Origin: Eledone cirrhosa
Taxonomy: Eukaryota
Direction: 5' to 3'
DNA length: 64,000 nt
Assembly (NCBI GenBank): GCA_964016885.1
Contig: OZ024740.1
Coordinates: 303,490,001-303,554,000 of the forward strand
The notes under the pieces: model-generated
What the model was told of the DNA's origin: nothing
The model's input: the letters and a program-made list of their open reading frames with translations, nothing else
Database searches by the model: none
In this document: in pieces, positions 11,879-23,185 of the stretch
How positions within the stretch are numbered: position 1 is the first letter of the stretch
How the letters are laid out: every line of letters starts with the position of its first letter
Position numbers and translations under genes: made by a program

Positions 11879-14096
11879 CTCCAATGGCCAGTTCACATAA
11901 AAATAGTTTGGCAGAACTTTTTGGGCCAGTGGACTCTCCGACCGGAACGGGTCGTAGTCTTGTATGTAGGTGAAGGTGGGGCAGAAGGAGCAGGTGTATG
12001 CACAATGGTGAAAGATTGGGGTATTTGTGGCTCGGGTGTATGAGCGTCATTGTGTGCCCTTTTCAGTCTATCCACCGAAATTATCTCTCTGGACCCCTTA
12101 ACGTCTACAGTGAAATGTTTGTCAGTGCGTGCTAACACACGGTAGGGTCCAGAGTATGGTTGTGTGAGGGGTGGTCTCACAGCATCGTTCCTTACGAACA
12201 CATGGGTCCACGAGGCAATGTCCCTCGGGACCGCATGTTTTACAGTTTGCTTCCTCGTATCCATCGGCGGCAGGTCCTGTAAATAAGAACGCAGACGGGA
12301 TACGTAGGAAAGCGGATCTTGGAAAGCAAGATCAACAGGGGCAAGCATTTGCCCAGGCAACGCTGGAGGAGCACCGTAAATTAATTCGGCCGGGAAGAAC
12401 CCAAGGTCCTCCTTTATTGATGACCGAATTCCTAATAACACAATAGGAAGGTACTCGCTCCAACGTTGAGAGTCTGGATAGGCGCGAAGAGCGGCCTTTA
12501 ATTGGCGGTGGAATCGTTCCACCATTCCATTTGAAGCAGGATGATAGGCCGTGGTCCGAATCCGTTGAGCTCCAATTATTTTGGTGAGCTCAGAGAAGAG
12601 ATGGGACTCGAATTGTCTACCGCGGTCTGTGGTGAGTGTAGTTGGTACCCCAAAGCGGGTAATCCACCCTGATACCAGGGCACGTGCTACAGTCTCAGCA
12701 GTCATGTCTTGTAAAAGGATGGCTTCAGGCCATCGCGAAAAACGATCGACACACGTCAATATGTAGGAATATCCACTGCTGAATGGCCAAGGTCCAACGA
12801 TGTCAATGTGGATGTGTTGGAACCGGGCATCTGGAGTGGTGAAAGTACCCAGTGGAGTCCGGATGTGTCTATGGATCTTCGATTTCTGACAAGCGATACA
12901 GGAACGGCAAAAAACAGCAATGTCGCGCCTCATATTAAGCCAGAAGAATCTGGCTGTTATGAGTTTAACTGTGGCAGCAGATCCTGGATGAGAAATGTTG
13001 TGCAGAGCCAGGAACACAATTCGACGGTGAGTCTCAGGAACTAGTGGTCGTGGTGCATCAGTGGATACATCACAAAGGATCTGCCTGTCGGTGGTGGACA
13101 AGGGCAGATATTTGAAAATGCAAGTCGCAAATTCGGTAGAAAGAGTGTCCAACGATTGGAGTGCAGGTTGGTCTGCAGCTAAATTACCTAAATCGATATC
13201 CTGGGATGACGAGATGGAGCTAATTGGCAAACGAGATAATGCGTCTGCAACTATGTTGTGCGAGCCGGCAATGTGTTGGATATCGTTTGTAAATTGTGAA
13301 ACGTAGTCCAGGTGCCTTGTCTCTCTGGGCGAATATCTTTCGGCTTTGGCCCTCAAAGCGAAGGTCAACGGCTTGTGGTCGGTAAAAACCGTAAAATTTC
13401 TCCCTTCAAGGATATGAGAGAAATGTTTCACCGACAGATATATGGCTAATAATTCCCGCCCAAACGTGCTATAACGCGTTTCTGCTGGTTTCAACTTTCT
13501 CGAGAAAAATGCCAAAGGTTGTTGGTTTTCAGCGTAAGACTGCTGTAAAATTGCTCCCACAGCGGTATCAGATGCATCAACACAAAGCGAAAGCTTGGCC
13601 TCTGGTACCGGGTGGGCTAGCAAAGAAGAACTAGCGAGGGCTGTCTTGGCAGACTGGAAGTCCTGAAGCTGTCCTTGTGTCAAGGAAATGTTTTCATTCT
13701 TCTTACGACGTTTTTTAAAAATGTCAGTAAGGGAAGATAGCCAATTAGCACAATGAGGAATGAAACGCCTATAGAAATTGATTAGGCCTAAGAAGTGACG
13801 CAACTGGTAGTAGGCGGCGGTAACTCCTGTATGGCTTGAACTCGCTCAGGGAGCGGCCTAATACCTTCGGCGTCGATGAGGTGGCCTAAAAAATGACCGT
13901 TTTGATTGCCAGGCAAACGCGGCTGGCAGAGGACGCCTGGCTAAGGCCAGGCGCCTGTTGGCCAAATGAGAGGCAGAGCCAAATGAGAGAGTGAGAACTT
14001 AAAGTTGTTAGTTTTATAGGGTTCTGACCGGAAGTTACAGAAAGGGTTCTACTTCCCGTCTAGATGTTAATCCAAACAAGGGAGACAACCGCTACA
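10769..14096 (-). mobile_element. Young, internally deleted Ty3/Gypsy element 2
   Basis: TSD GGGT (10765-10768 / 14097-14100). 3' LTR 10769-11105 with PPT GGCGGGAGGTTA. The truncated 5' LTR 13896-14096 is identical by eye to 10905-11105. PBS, gag, PR and most of RT are missing. Confidence 0.9.
11893..13803 (-). CDS. Gypsy pol fragment: RT C-terminus, RNase H, integrase (636 codons, uninterrupted, TTG at ORF start)
   Basis: [34 protein letters not shown] zinc finger, [26 protein letters not shown]-terminal [10 protein letters not shown]. Confidence 0.9.
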   Translation of the reverse strand: MRHFLGLINFYRRFIPHCANWLSSLTDIFKKRRKKNENISLTQGQLQDFQSAKTALASSSLLAHPVPEAKLSLCVDASDTAVGAILQQSYAENQQPLAFFSRKLKPAETRYSTFGRELLAIYLSVKHFSHILEGRNFTVFTDHKPLTFALRAKAERYSPRETRHLDYVSQFTNDIQHIAGSHNIVADALSRLPISSISSSQDIDLGNLAADQPALQSLDTLSTEFATCIFKYLPLSTTDRQILCDVSTDAPRPLVPETHRRIVFLALHNISHPGSAATVKLITARFFWLNMRRDIAVFCRSCIACQKSKIHRHIRTPLGTFTTPDARFQHIHIDIVGPWPFSSGYSYILTCVDRFSRWPEAILLQDMTAETVARALVSGWITRFGVPTTLTTDRGRQFESHLFSELTKIIGAQRIRTTAYHPASNGMVERFHRQLKAALRAYPDSQRWSEYLPIVLLGIRSSIKEDLGFFPAELIYGAPPALPGQMLAPVDLAFQDPLSYVSRLRSYLQDLPPMDTRKQTVKHAVPRDIASWTHVFVRNDAVRPPLTQPYSGPYRVLARTDKHFTVDVKGSREIISVDRLKRAHNDAHTPEPQIPQSFTIVHTPAPSAPPSPTYKTTTRSGRRVHWPKKFCQTIFM

Positions 14097-14440
14097 GGGT
14101 AAAGGAGGGCAGATCTGGTTGTAGAAGAAAGGACTATAAATGTCATAAATGAGAGGAAAGGGAGGGGAAAAATCCAGGATTCTTGAGCCATAGAAGAAAG
14201 GAATGGGGAAGGGGAGAGAGTTATGAGCTCTACGCCTCGCAGACAAATCTGCAAAGGCATTTCAGCGAACAATGGCCAGTGACACTCACTGCATCAGCTA
14301 CCCCACGTCACGTGGCTCCTTTCTTAGACGGGCTGTTGACGTTCCGATTTTGCGGAGGAGTCGGCAGTACAGTGTCCGACGAAGGCGCCCGAGGTCTCGA
14401 CGGCAACCGGTGCGAAGAGGAAGCGGCCGAACAAGATATT
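14097..14440 (-). mobile_element. 3' end of a CRE-like (restriction-like endonuclease) non-LTR element, interrupted by Gypsy element 2; tail continues at ~10690-10768
   Basis: Minus strand encodes degenerate FLFAPVAVETSGAF..ARLRKEPR..VSLAIVR*NA. The 3' UTR is homologous to 18170-18310 and 35778-35920. Confidence 0.65.
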
Positions 14441-14710
14441 TGTGAGGTTCCTGGCAATAATTAATTGTATTTATTGTATGTGTTTATATTTTCATTCTAT
14501 AAGAATTATAAACAATTTGTAATGTTATTTATACAACTGTGAATTGATAAAGTATAGACTATTTTAAAATTCTTTTCACAATCAGCTCATAAAAAAATAA
14601 CAGACCCCTAATCTCCGCAGGACTCCTAGACTCTAGCTTTATGAACAATAAATATAGCCTTACTTTCACCCCAAGAGGCCCATATAGTCAATTCCATCAC
14701 AACCATTATT

Positions 14711-15113
14711 ATCATCCTTACGGGGTCGATAAAATAAAGTACCAGTAATGCACTGGGTAATTGCTGGCCTTGTGCCTAAAGTAGAAACAATTATTTCCAT
14801 TGGCAGTATTGGTAGAGTGTCGGATGCCATGCTTTGGCGCATAGAGTTACGGCCCTTGCCATTCTGAGTTCAAATCCCGCCGAGGTTAACTTTGCCTTTC
14901 CTTTCATCCTTACGGGGTCGATAAAATAAAGTACCAGTAATACACTGGGTGATTGCTGGCCTTGTGCCTAACGTAGAAACAATTATTTCCATTCTGAGTT
15001 CAAATCCCACCATGGTTAACTTTGTCTTTCATCCTTACGGGGTCGATAAAATAAAGTACCAGTAATGCACTGGTTAATTGCTGGCCTTGTGCCAAAAGTA
15101 GAAACAATTATTA
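14711..15113 (+). mobile_element. Tandem cluster of three partial/full tRNA-derived SINE copies (octopus OR/OK-like family)
   Basis: TCATCCTTACGGGGTCGATAAAATAAAGTACCAGTAATGCACTGG..GCTGGCCTTGTGCC..AGTAGAAACAATTATT occurs three times, with B-box-like GAGTTCAAATCC. Further copies at ~18505-18693, 18822-18890(-), 26870-27268, 28900-29010, 47578-47768(-), 48590-48780(-) and 61581-61795. Confidence 0.75.
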
Positions 15114-15464
15114 TGATAGGTGAACTTTAAAATAAGGTAGATAACTGTAGGTGAGAAAAGTTTAAACAGCAAAAACGTCATTCGATCGTTGCAACAAAGT
15201 ACTTGTCTAACAGTGTTCTATTCCAGCCAGCTTGCTATGTGATTAGGATCTAATAAGATCGAAACATGTCTGTTGTTTCTACCTAGATTGCATAAAAACA
15301 AGGTCCACTTATATTGCATACTATATAAATGTTCCCCAAAACGTTATGTTAGCCAAGACTATAGGAGTTATCTTTCTTGTTTGCTTCTCATGATCCGAAT
15401 ATCACCAATGGGGAGTTTCGATCTTGAAAATGCGAGGGTAATTTCAGTTGATTAAAATTCCCCA

Positions 15465-15519
<55 letters not shown>

Positions 15520-15652
15520 GAAAAGAGTCAGGACCCCGACGGCTGAGCTCTGGCCGTTTCGACAGCTAGATCCTATTACCAACTCTACTACCCTAAGTAT
15601 CGAGTACTCTGATGCGTTATGGTCCACCTGGTATCTTACCACACTTTCTTTG

Positions 15653-15710
<58 letters not shown>

Positions 15711-15714
<4 letters not shown>

Positions 15715-16267
15715 AGTGAACAACACAAAATATAACTACTCCATTACCAAAGGTTTCTGGATCCCAGACAATATTAATATACGTCTGGATCGGTACCAGA
15801 CAGAGGTGCTATGGATAAAAAAATATGTATTGGAATTTAAAATCTGTTAAGAATTGGAAGTGAGGCTGGAAAAATAACGGGAAATATACATAAGAAAAGA
15901 AAGGTCAGAAAAATAATATATAAAAGTATATAGCAATATAGAAAAAGCCATGTGCACAAATGTCTTTTTCTATATTGCTATATACTTTTATATATTATTT
16001 TTCTTACCTTTCTTTTCTTATGTATATTTCCCGTTATTTTTCCAGCCTCACTTCCAATTCTTAACAGATTTTAAATCTCATTTCATATTTTTTATCCATA
16101 GCACCTCTGTCCGATGACCGACCCAGACGTATATTAATATTGTCTGGGACCCAGAAACCTTTGGTAATGGAGTAGTTATATTTTGTGTTGTTCCCTTTCT
16201 AATTAAATAGCTCTGTTCTATACATAGAGCACTCTTTTTTCCTTTGCTTTTCCTTCGGAATTACCTA

Positions 16268-16268
<1 letters not shown>
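15711..16268. mobile_element. Penelope-like palindromic element (family C) in the PPP1R21 upstream region
   Basis: ~237-bp inverted arms (15711-15947 / 15964-16200) with a 16-nt spacer, flanked by (TA)n and (CA)n. Both arms carry mutated hammerhead motifs (16105-16172 plus, core CCGATGA). Confidence 0.7.
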
Positions 16269-16320
<52 letters not shown>

Positions 16321-16682
16321 TAAAGAAATTATCTGGACTTTCCTAGTGATTTCTTTTGAATGATACAGTTCTAGTCCCATAGAAGCCATTTCTATATTAA
16401 ACTTGATATATATTTGTGTGTGTGTGTTTGTATATGTGCGTTTATATATGTGTGTATACATAACCTGGATGTTTATGGGGAGCACCATCGGAGTACAATG
16501 TATGATAGTAAAGAAGTATTTTGTTAATGACAATAAATTTATCGACAAAATCCGCTCATAATAATTGTTTACATCGGTACGTTGCCAGATAATGGACTTT
16601 TATTAGAAGGCTAACTATCAGTCTCGCACCGGTGAAACTACTGTCGGTTTTCTTAACTCACCCTCAAAGATTCTATAAAATT

Positions 16683-16733
16683 ATGTCAGATTTACAAGCA
16701 AAATACCAGCGCCTTGCGTCCGAATATTCTAAG
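16683..16733 (+). CDS. PPP1R21: PPP1R21 coding exon 1
   Basis: MSDLQAKYQRLASEYSK then a GTAAAT donor; matches the PPP1R21 N-terminus (LQGKYQKLAQEYSK). Confidence 0.9.
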
Positions 16734-17179
16734 GTAAATTATTAATAATGCCAAGTAGTTATTTTCTTATCAAATCCGTATTTGCTTTTATCATAGCTGC
16801 AAAATATTGGATCATCTGACAAACAAACGAGTAATTAATTACAAAATCTTGATATAACTAAATGTTCATGTCTCGTGTCCGCCCTCTTCTCAGATGGCTA
16901 ACATCAACAACGTTCTTGTAGTATATATACAAACATTTAATACGCTCGCACTTATATATATATATATATATAACCGAATTATATATATATATATATATAT
17001 ATAACCGAATTATTATATATATATAACCGAATTATATATATATATATATATATAACCGAATTATATATATATATATATATATATATGTTAAGTATTTCCG
17101 TAGAAAAGGTTTAGGAAAGAAGAGTGCTCTATGTATAGTACAGAGCTATTTAATTACATAATAAACAACACAATCTAAT

Positions 17180-17253
17180 TATTCCATTACCAAAGGTTTC
17201 AAGAAACTAGACGATCCTTACAGAAACGTCCAGCCCGTTCATCAGATGAAATA
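17180..17253 (-). ncRNA. Type I hammerhead ribozyme motif (family C), intact core, in PPP1R21 intron 1 (antisense)
   Basis: Minus strand: tatttcat-CTGATGA-acgggctggacg..cgtctagtttctt-GAAAC-ctttg-GTA-atggaata. 8-bp stem I, long stem II, stem III ACC-ttt-GGT. Confidence 0.7.
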
Positions 17254-17455
17254 GTTACCTTTGGTAATGGAATAATTATATTGTGTTATTTATTATGTAA
17301 ATATATATATAATTTTGTTACAAAAGCCATCCTTTGATATTGGATATTTATGTTCCTTCTAACAATACGTATATATATATATATATTACAACATTTTAAT
17401 AAACATACTTCATAAGCATTTTAAGTGCTGGTGGTGGGGGGACTCAATAATACCA

Positions 17456-17518
<63 letters not shown>

Positions 17519-17899
17519 TCTGAATGTATGTATTTAAAAAAATAGTTTGTTTTTTCTTTCTGGTTATATATTGATAACTAAGTATTCACAAATATCAAAT
17601 TTAGCCAAACATGCAATCAAAAATACACAGTATTTTAAGATGTGCTTTCGTAATTCCAATAAATTGCAACATTATAGTATATCATTAATAAACTCTTTAT
17701 TATTGTTCTCACGGATTTTCAACTTGCGAATTGTAACTGACAGGTTTTGCATTTCTCCATTCAGTCATTACTGAAAAGAACTTTGATATTCTGTTATCAG
17801 TTGTACAATTAGCCTAGGTGGACGACGTACTAACAATGTTTACATATGTTTTATTGTTGCTCACCTCAGGAATAATAGTTAATAGAGACATGCTGTGAT

Positions 17900-18310
17900 A
17901 CGGTCTCCGCCTGCAGCATAGTCGTCTCGGCTCGCAATACAGAGAACAAGAAGACAAGCAAATACCAGAACTTGTCCAACTGCTTCTTTGCACCGGTCGC
18001 CGTGGAATCCTCGGACCCGGGACATTTGACCTACCCCGTAAAATCTGATCGATAGCAGCCCGTCTGAGAAAGGAGCCCTGTGAGGTGTGGTGGCTGTTGC
18101 ACCGGGTGACGCTGACCATTGTCCGCGGAAATACCTGTCATTTTGTGCAGCCGAAACACCGCCCTGACCTAGGTGTAGAATCTGTTACTCTCTCCCCTTT
18201 TCTTTCTTCCTTTGTCTAGTAGTCCTTGCTCTTCCCCTCCCCTTTCTCTCATTTATGGCATTTATAGTCCTTTCCAATACTGCTTTCTTTTTCTGTATGT
18301 TTAACCAATA
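17900..18310 (+). mobile_element. 3' end of a CRE-like non-LTR retrotransposon
   Basis: Encodes degenerate TCCDTVS..ENKKTSKYQNL..FFAPVAVES..EVWWLLHRVTLTIVRGN (RLE C-terminus), followed by the shared 3' UTR. Confidence 0.65.
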
Positions 18311-18757
18311 TATAGTAATAGTTAAAAGGAAATTAGTTTATAATTTACACATTTTAAACTTTATTTATAACACTATTGTTGTATTATTAACAACGTCAAA
18401 TTAAAAATTAACCTTACATATTAATTGTTAATATTGTTTAGATATCTCTCGATATTTGAGTCGAGGAATATCATTACGCTATCCTTTTTACAGAATCTTT
18501 AAATCGGCAGGCAAAATGACTTGCGGTATTTAATTAGATCGCTTTTCGTTCTGAGTTCACATCCCGCCGGGGGTCATCTTTGCCTTTTATACTCCCGTAA
18601 TCAATTAAGTAAATATCAGCCAAGTACTTAAGTCAATTTATTCGATTATTCCCTCCCCCAAATTTGTGACCTGCGCTTATGTTAGAAGTATTATGGTCGA
18701 TAGATAATAGTTGTGATGTATCTTTATTGATAAACACAATACATTAGTATATATATA

Positions 18758-18803
<46 letters not shown>

Positions 18804-19132
18804 GTTTCTACTTTTGGCACAAGGCCAGCAAATTCCCCAGTACATTACTGGTACTTTATTTTATCGACCCCGTAAGGATGAAAGGCAAAAACACGGATCG
18901 GCTATACAATAGGGCTACAGTATATATATATATATATATTTAGGTTTGTTGGTTCACCACTGGATAGAGTTGGTCATTCCGTATGGTCAATCTTGGTGTA
19001 ATATTATGGAGAGTACTCAACGTAGTGCAGTTCACCCGTTTTCGTTTGTGTAGTTGGTGGTGCGAATACGGAGTTAATTATAAATAAAAATAACAGGAGG
19101 CTGGACTGGTGTAAATCCTTGAAAGGTTTATT

Positions 19133-19190
19133 ATACTATGATCATTTCAATGACCGGGTTCCATATGAATCCGGTGATATCATCAGGTAT
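19133..19190 (-). ncRNA. Minimal hammerhead motif (family D)
   Basis: Reverse-complement copy of 20610-20667. Confidence 0.6.
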
Positions 19191-19525
19191 TCGAAATATA
19201 ACAAAGGAATATGTAAAAACCATGGGTCCGAAAAATCAAAGACAGAGAGGACGACTGACCAACTAGCTGTCTTCACCTCGGCCAGTCGCACTCAAAGTGA
19301 TGGCAACTCGATCTGTTAATGACCATCTGGTGAGGGGGCGAAGGCTTATAATGTACTACCACCTCTCCGTCAAAGAATAAAAAAGAGGAAGAAAGAAAGA
19401 AAGAAGAAAAAAAGGAAAAAAGAAAGAAAGAAGTCAGCGTAAGGGTCACACTACAGTCAAGCTAGAAAACGCTGCGAAAAAAGTTATTCTAAAGAATCTA
19501 TATTTTAACAAAGGCATATATATAT

Positions 19526-19832
19526 GGAGGCACATGGCTTAGGCACAAGGTTGAGAGTTCAATTCTCAGACCGGGTGATGTGTTGTTTCCTTGAGCAAGA
19601 CACTTTATTTCACATTGCTCCAGTTTATTCAGCTGTAGAAATGAGATGATAGGGACTGGGGTCCACATCATTCCACTGCAATGTGGTCGTGGAGGTGCCG
19701 CGGCAAAAAATCACCCAGCACTCACTGTAAATGGGGTTGGTGTTAGGAAGGGCATCCAGCTGTAGAAATCAAGCCAGAATCAATTCCTGTCCCACCCTTG
19801 CAAGCAGGGAAAAGTGGACGTGAAATGAATGA
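19526..19832 (+). mobile_element. tRNA-headed SINE with CORE-like CCTTGAGCAAGACACTT body and RTE-derived tail (head partly deleted)
   Basis: Homologous to 45416-45760, 48235-48578(-) and 63450-63805. Confidence 0.8.
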
Positions 19833-20609
19833 GTGAATATAATGGGTGTCTGTATGGTCTAATGTGTGAACAGAAATTTGGAACGTTAAACTTATGTTAC
19901 GAGTTATAGGATGAAATTAAATTAAAAAATAATAAATTGAAAATTGGAAAATAAATAAAAAAATTATTTAATGAACTTACAGAGAGAGTCTTATATGAAA
20001 AAGTTAATCTCGATAAGATATCAGGGTGAGATAAAGATTAAAGCCTTCGAATGTGAATCCCAGTCAGCACCTCCTAACCACGTGTCAGCCAGTTTCGAGT
20101 GGTATCGTCCAGCGAAAGAAATGGAAATTAATTTTTCCGAGTACTCTAGGAACGTAGCTACACTAGGCCCCGGGAGTGTTAGCGGGAAGTCTACAATTTC
20201 GACAGGCCATCGTCTATACCAAACGAATACTATTAATTCACACATGAGGGGTTTATTTACATGCCAGTAGAGGCATGATACAGCTAACAGTTATGCCTAA
20301 ACCTGGAGTTTATAGGTATAAGTATGATATGGCGGTCAAAATAGGCGGCGCGGCGGGCCCGGGGCAAGGCAAGCCGCACCGAGTAATTTTGTTTACCGAA
20401 AAAGGGGAAATTTATTTTTTCAAGCACTCAAGGAAGGCAGAACTTTCCGAGCGCCCATCGCGCAGCCGGTAAAAGCCACCACATCAATCAAAGGTAGCAA
20501 AACTCAATAAAAAGTGCAAATAGACTATAAATATTTTAAAGTCCCAGTTAGTCCGGGTCTTTGATTTTTCGGACCCATGGTTTTTACATATTCCTTTGTT
20601 ATATTTCGA

Positions 20610-20667
20610 ATACCTGATGATATCACCGGATTCATATGGAACCCGGTCATCGAAATGATCATAGTAT
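20610..20667 (+). ncRNA. Minimal type I hammerhead motif (family D), sense to the PPP1R21 pre-mRNA
   Basis: atac-CTGATGA-tatcaccgg..ccggtcatc-GAA-ATGATCAT-A-gtat; stem III is a perfect 8-nt palindrome. Confidence 0.65.
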
Positions 20668-20716
20668 AATAAACCTTTCAAGGATTTACACCAGTCCAGC
20701 CTCCTGTTATTTTTAT

Positions 20717-20755
<39 letters not shown>

Positions 20756-22744
20756 AAGAATGAATAATAACAGGTAGACATCATAAAAAGGTAATTTATT
20801 CCAAGTGCTTACAAATGTTTCAACAGTAGTTATACAGCCTAGTCATGCTATGTGCAAATTGGTAATTATTTGCAGAAACTCAATTTTCAAATGCTGCTTC
20901 TACCGTTTCCTTAGAGCAGAGTGGTTAAAATGTAAATACCCTTGTATTTCTTAAAGGAAGTTATTGGGGAAGATAGAGTAGAGATGTCTACCTGTTATTA
21001 TTCATTCTTTATCTACGCTCCGGAATACAGAAGGATCAGAAACTGAGTTTCTTCAACTATTCTTCCATAACTCGTTGAGTAACCCCTCACCGTACATCAA
21101 CTCTATCTAGTGTAGTAATTAACCATTACTACATTCAGGATAATCCTAAGCATTTTGTGCATAACCTAATATATATGTATTTATATATATAGGAAAAGAG
21201 ATATCACCGTTTAACGTATATTTTCCACGCTAGCATGGGTTGGTCGGGTTTTTCTCATTTGAGACAAGTCAGATCAGGTGATTGTGTTTGTGTTTTGCTC
21301 ATACAGAACTGTTTCTGACTTGGATTCTACAGCTGGATGCCCTTCCTAACGCCAACCAAATTTACAGTGTGGGCTGCGAGCTTTTTGTTGTGTCACCTAC
21401 ACAACCACTTTACAGTGTAGTCTGGGTACTTTTTGTCGTGATACCAACTCAACCACTTTACAGTTTGGGCTGTATGAATATATAATTATTAAGGCCCGTT
21501 ACTACGACGCCATACCATGTACGTATGTTTCATTAGCTCTGAGGACCAACGCACCTGGTATGGCCCCGTTGTAGTAACTGGCCTTAATAATTATATATTT
21601 ATACGGACATGAGTTGTTTTATACTTTGGATAGCTTTACCTACCTATTACTACTGGACTCCATGTGGATATTCAGATACACACACACATGCATACATACA
21701 GACATACCCATACATAAACATTCACACATATGCACACAAAATAATTCGGTTACAGACAATACAGAAAGTCATAAACACATACATAGAGACATGCATACAC
21801 ACACTTATCTGACCCACGTGAAAATACATACACACACAAACATACACACATACATAAAAACAATAGATAACATTCACACACACACACACATATAAACAAA
21901 TACCTCATAGTTATACACACGCACACACTTACACCTATGTGCACATAGCAACAATATAAGACATGCACGTGTTCACACACACATGAACAGAAGCAATAAT
22001 GCACACCTACCAATTTCACCCCATCAGCACACACACAACCACACCCATAACACCCTTGGACTCTCCACTACGACCCCTACTCCGAAATGCCAGACAACTC
22101 GCTTACTACCCCCAACCTTCTTAACCTTTTCCAAACTCTCATGTACGTACATGTTCTCTCCCTATCTGAACTCTCCATTTCCTGACGAAGGACTTCCGTC
22201 CAAAGTGCCAGACCCTCCTCTACTTCCTCCTAAGTGTGATCCTAATAGTACTTTGTATTTTTGCATCCCTGTGTTTGTTTTGTTTTATTTGTTCAACTAT
22301 ATATATATATATAAAGTGGGAGAAGGCACACCACAAGAGGCACTGGAATTTTTCCTCTAATAATTTTTTAGGAAAATCAACCAACATACTCACAACATTG
22401 CTGTGGGTGATAGAGAGATTAAAGTGCTGGAATAACGAAGAATCTTCACAGCCAACAAATTGTTGCTATTCCTGCAATACATTAAAATTAGACGAGTAAA
22501 TAAATAAACATTGAATTAAAGAATAAAGTATGTAAAGGTTCGCAAGTTTTCATTTTTAGGAAGGGGCTATAAAATATATTTTAGTAGTGTAAAATCCTAA
22601 GCCATTTTTCTAGTTTCTGCTTTTCATTTCTCATGATCCAAAATCTCACCATTTATTTTTACATTTACTGATATAGAGTAGGGTAGACTGAAGCAGAGAG
22701 TTTGGGACTATCTATGTCCCAGAGGCACCTTCAACTATATTTTT

Positions 22745-23185
22745 GATCAATCTGATTCATTTCCAAGGTGTTGCCTACTTTCCGCAAGCATGAAATTCTG
22801 GGGAGTACTTGGTTGATGCCCTGCCTGTGGCCAACATTGGTAGCCTATTCAGTCTGGATGAGCTCTGCATCTCCATTGCACTCAAATTAGTAGCCAATGT
22901 CTGTGGGTGTCTGAAATGTCACTGTATTAGGCTCCTCAACTCTACAGGTATTCATAGTTTGTCTTGCCACCTGAATGCCGGTTGTTTCACTCGCCACACC
23001 AAGCTAAACTTGATCATTAAGCGGGCCTTAGCTTGGGTAAATATTCCCTCAGTTCTGGAGCCGGCTGATTTATCCAGAATTGATGGAAAGAGACCAGATG
23101 GTCTTACCCGTTGTCCCTGGGTAAGAGGTAGATGTCTCATTCGGGACGCCACAGTCAGTGATTCTTTGGCTCCTTCCCAAGTAAT
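22745..23185 (+). pseudogene. CRE-like non-LTR fragment: zinc knuckle plus restriction-like endonuclease
   Basis: ORF 22809-23345 contains C.C..C..GIHSLSC..G...RH..LN.IIKRAL..NIPSVLEP..L.R.DGKRPDGLT..PW..GRCL..DATVSD. Confidence 0.75.

Larger units (their letters stand above)
18940..20717. mobile_element. Penelope-like composite (family D) with ~160-bp inverted arms, a nested SINE and (TA)n flanks
   Basis: 19082-19243 is the reverse complement of ~20557-20717. Each arm carries a hammerhead motif. Confidence 0.6.

Noticed and set aside
11397-12050. 217-aa poly-Q ORF as a possible env or extra gene
   Set aside because: It overlaps the integrase end, runs through (TA)n and poly-T, and has no env features.
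15525-15575. Minus-strand GAAACGGC..GCCGTC hammerhead half (a similar half lies near 3805-3830)
   Set aside because: The upstream CTGANGA core is missing, so it cannot be called a ribozyme.
19119-20681. Duplicated small ORF MKGLLYYDHF.. on both strands
   Set aside because: These are the antisense reading of the family D inverted arms, with a TTG start and no known motif.
22178-22210. CTGACGA-aggac-ttcc-gtcc-aaag as another hammerhead
   Set aside because: GAAA and stems I and III are not recoverable; at most a decayed remnant.
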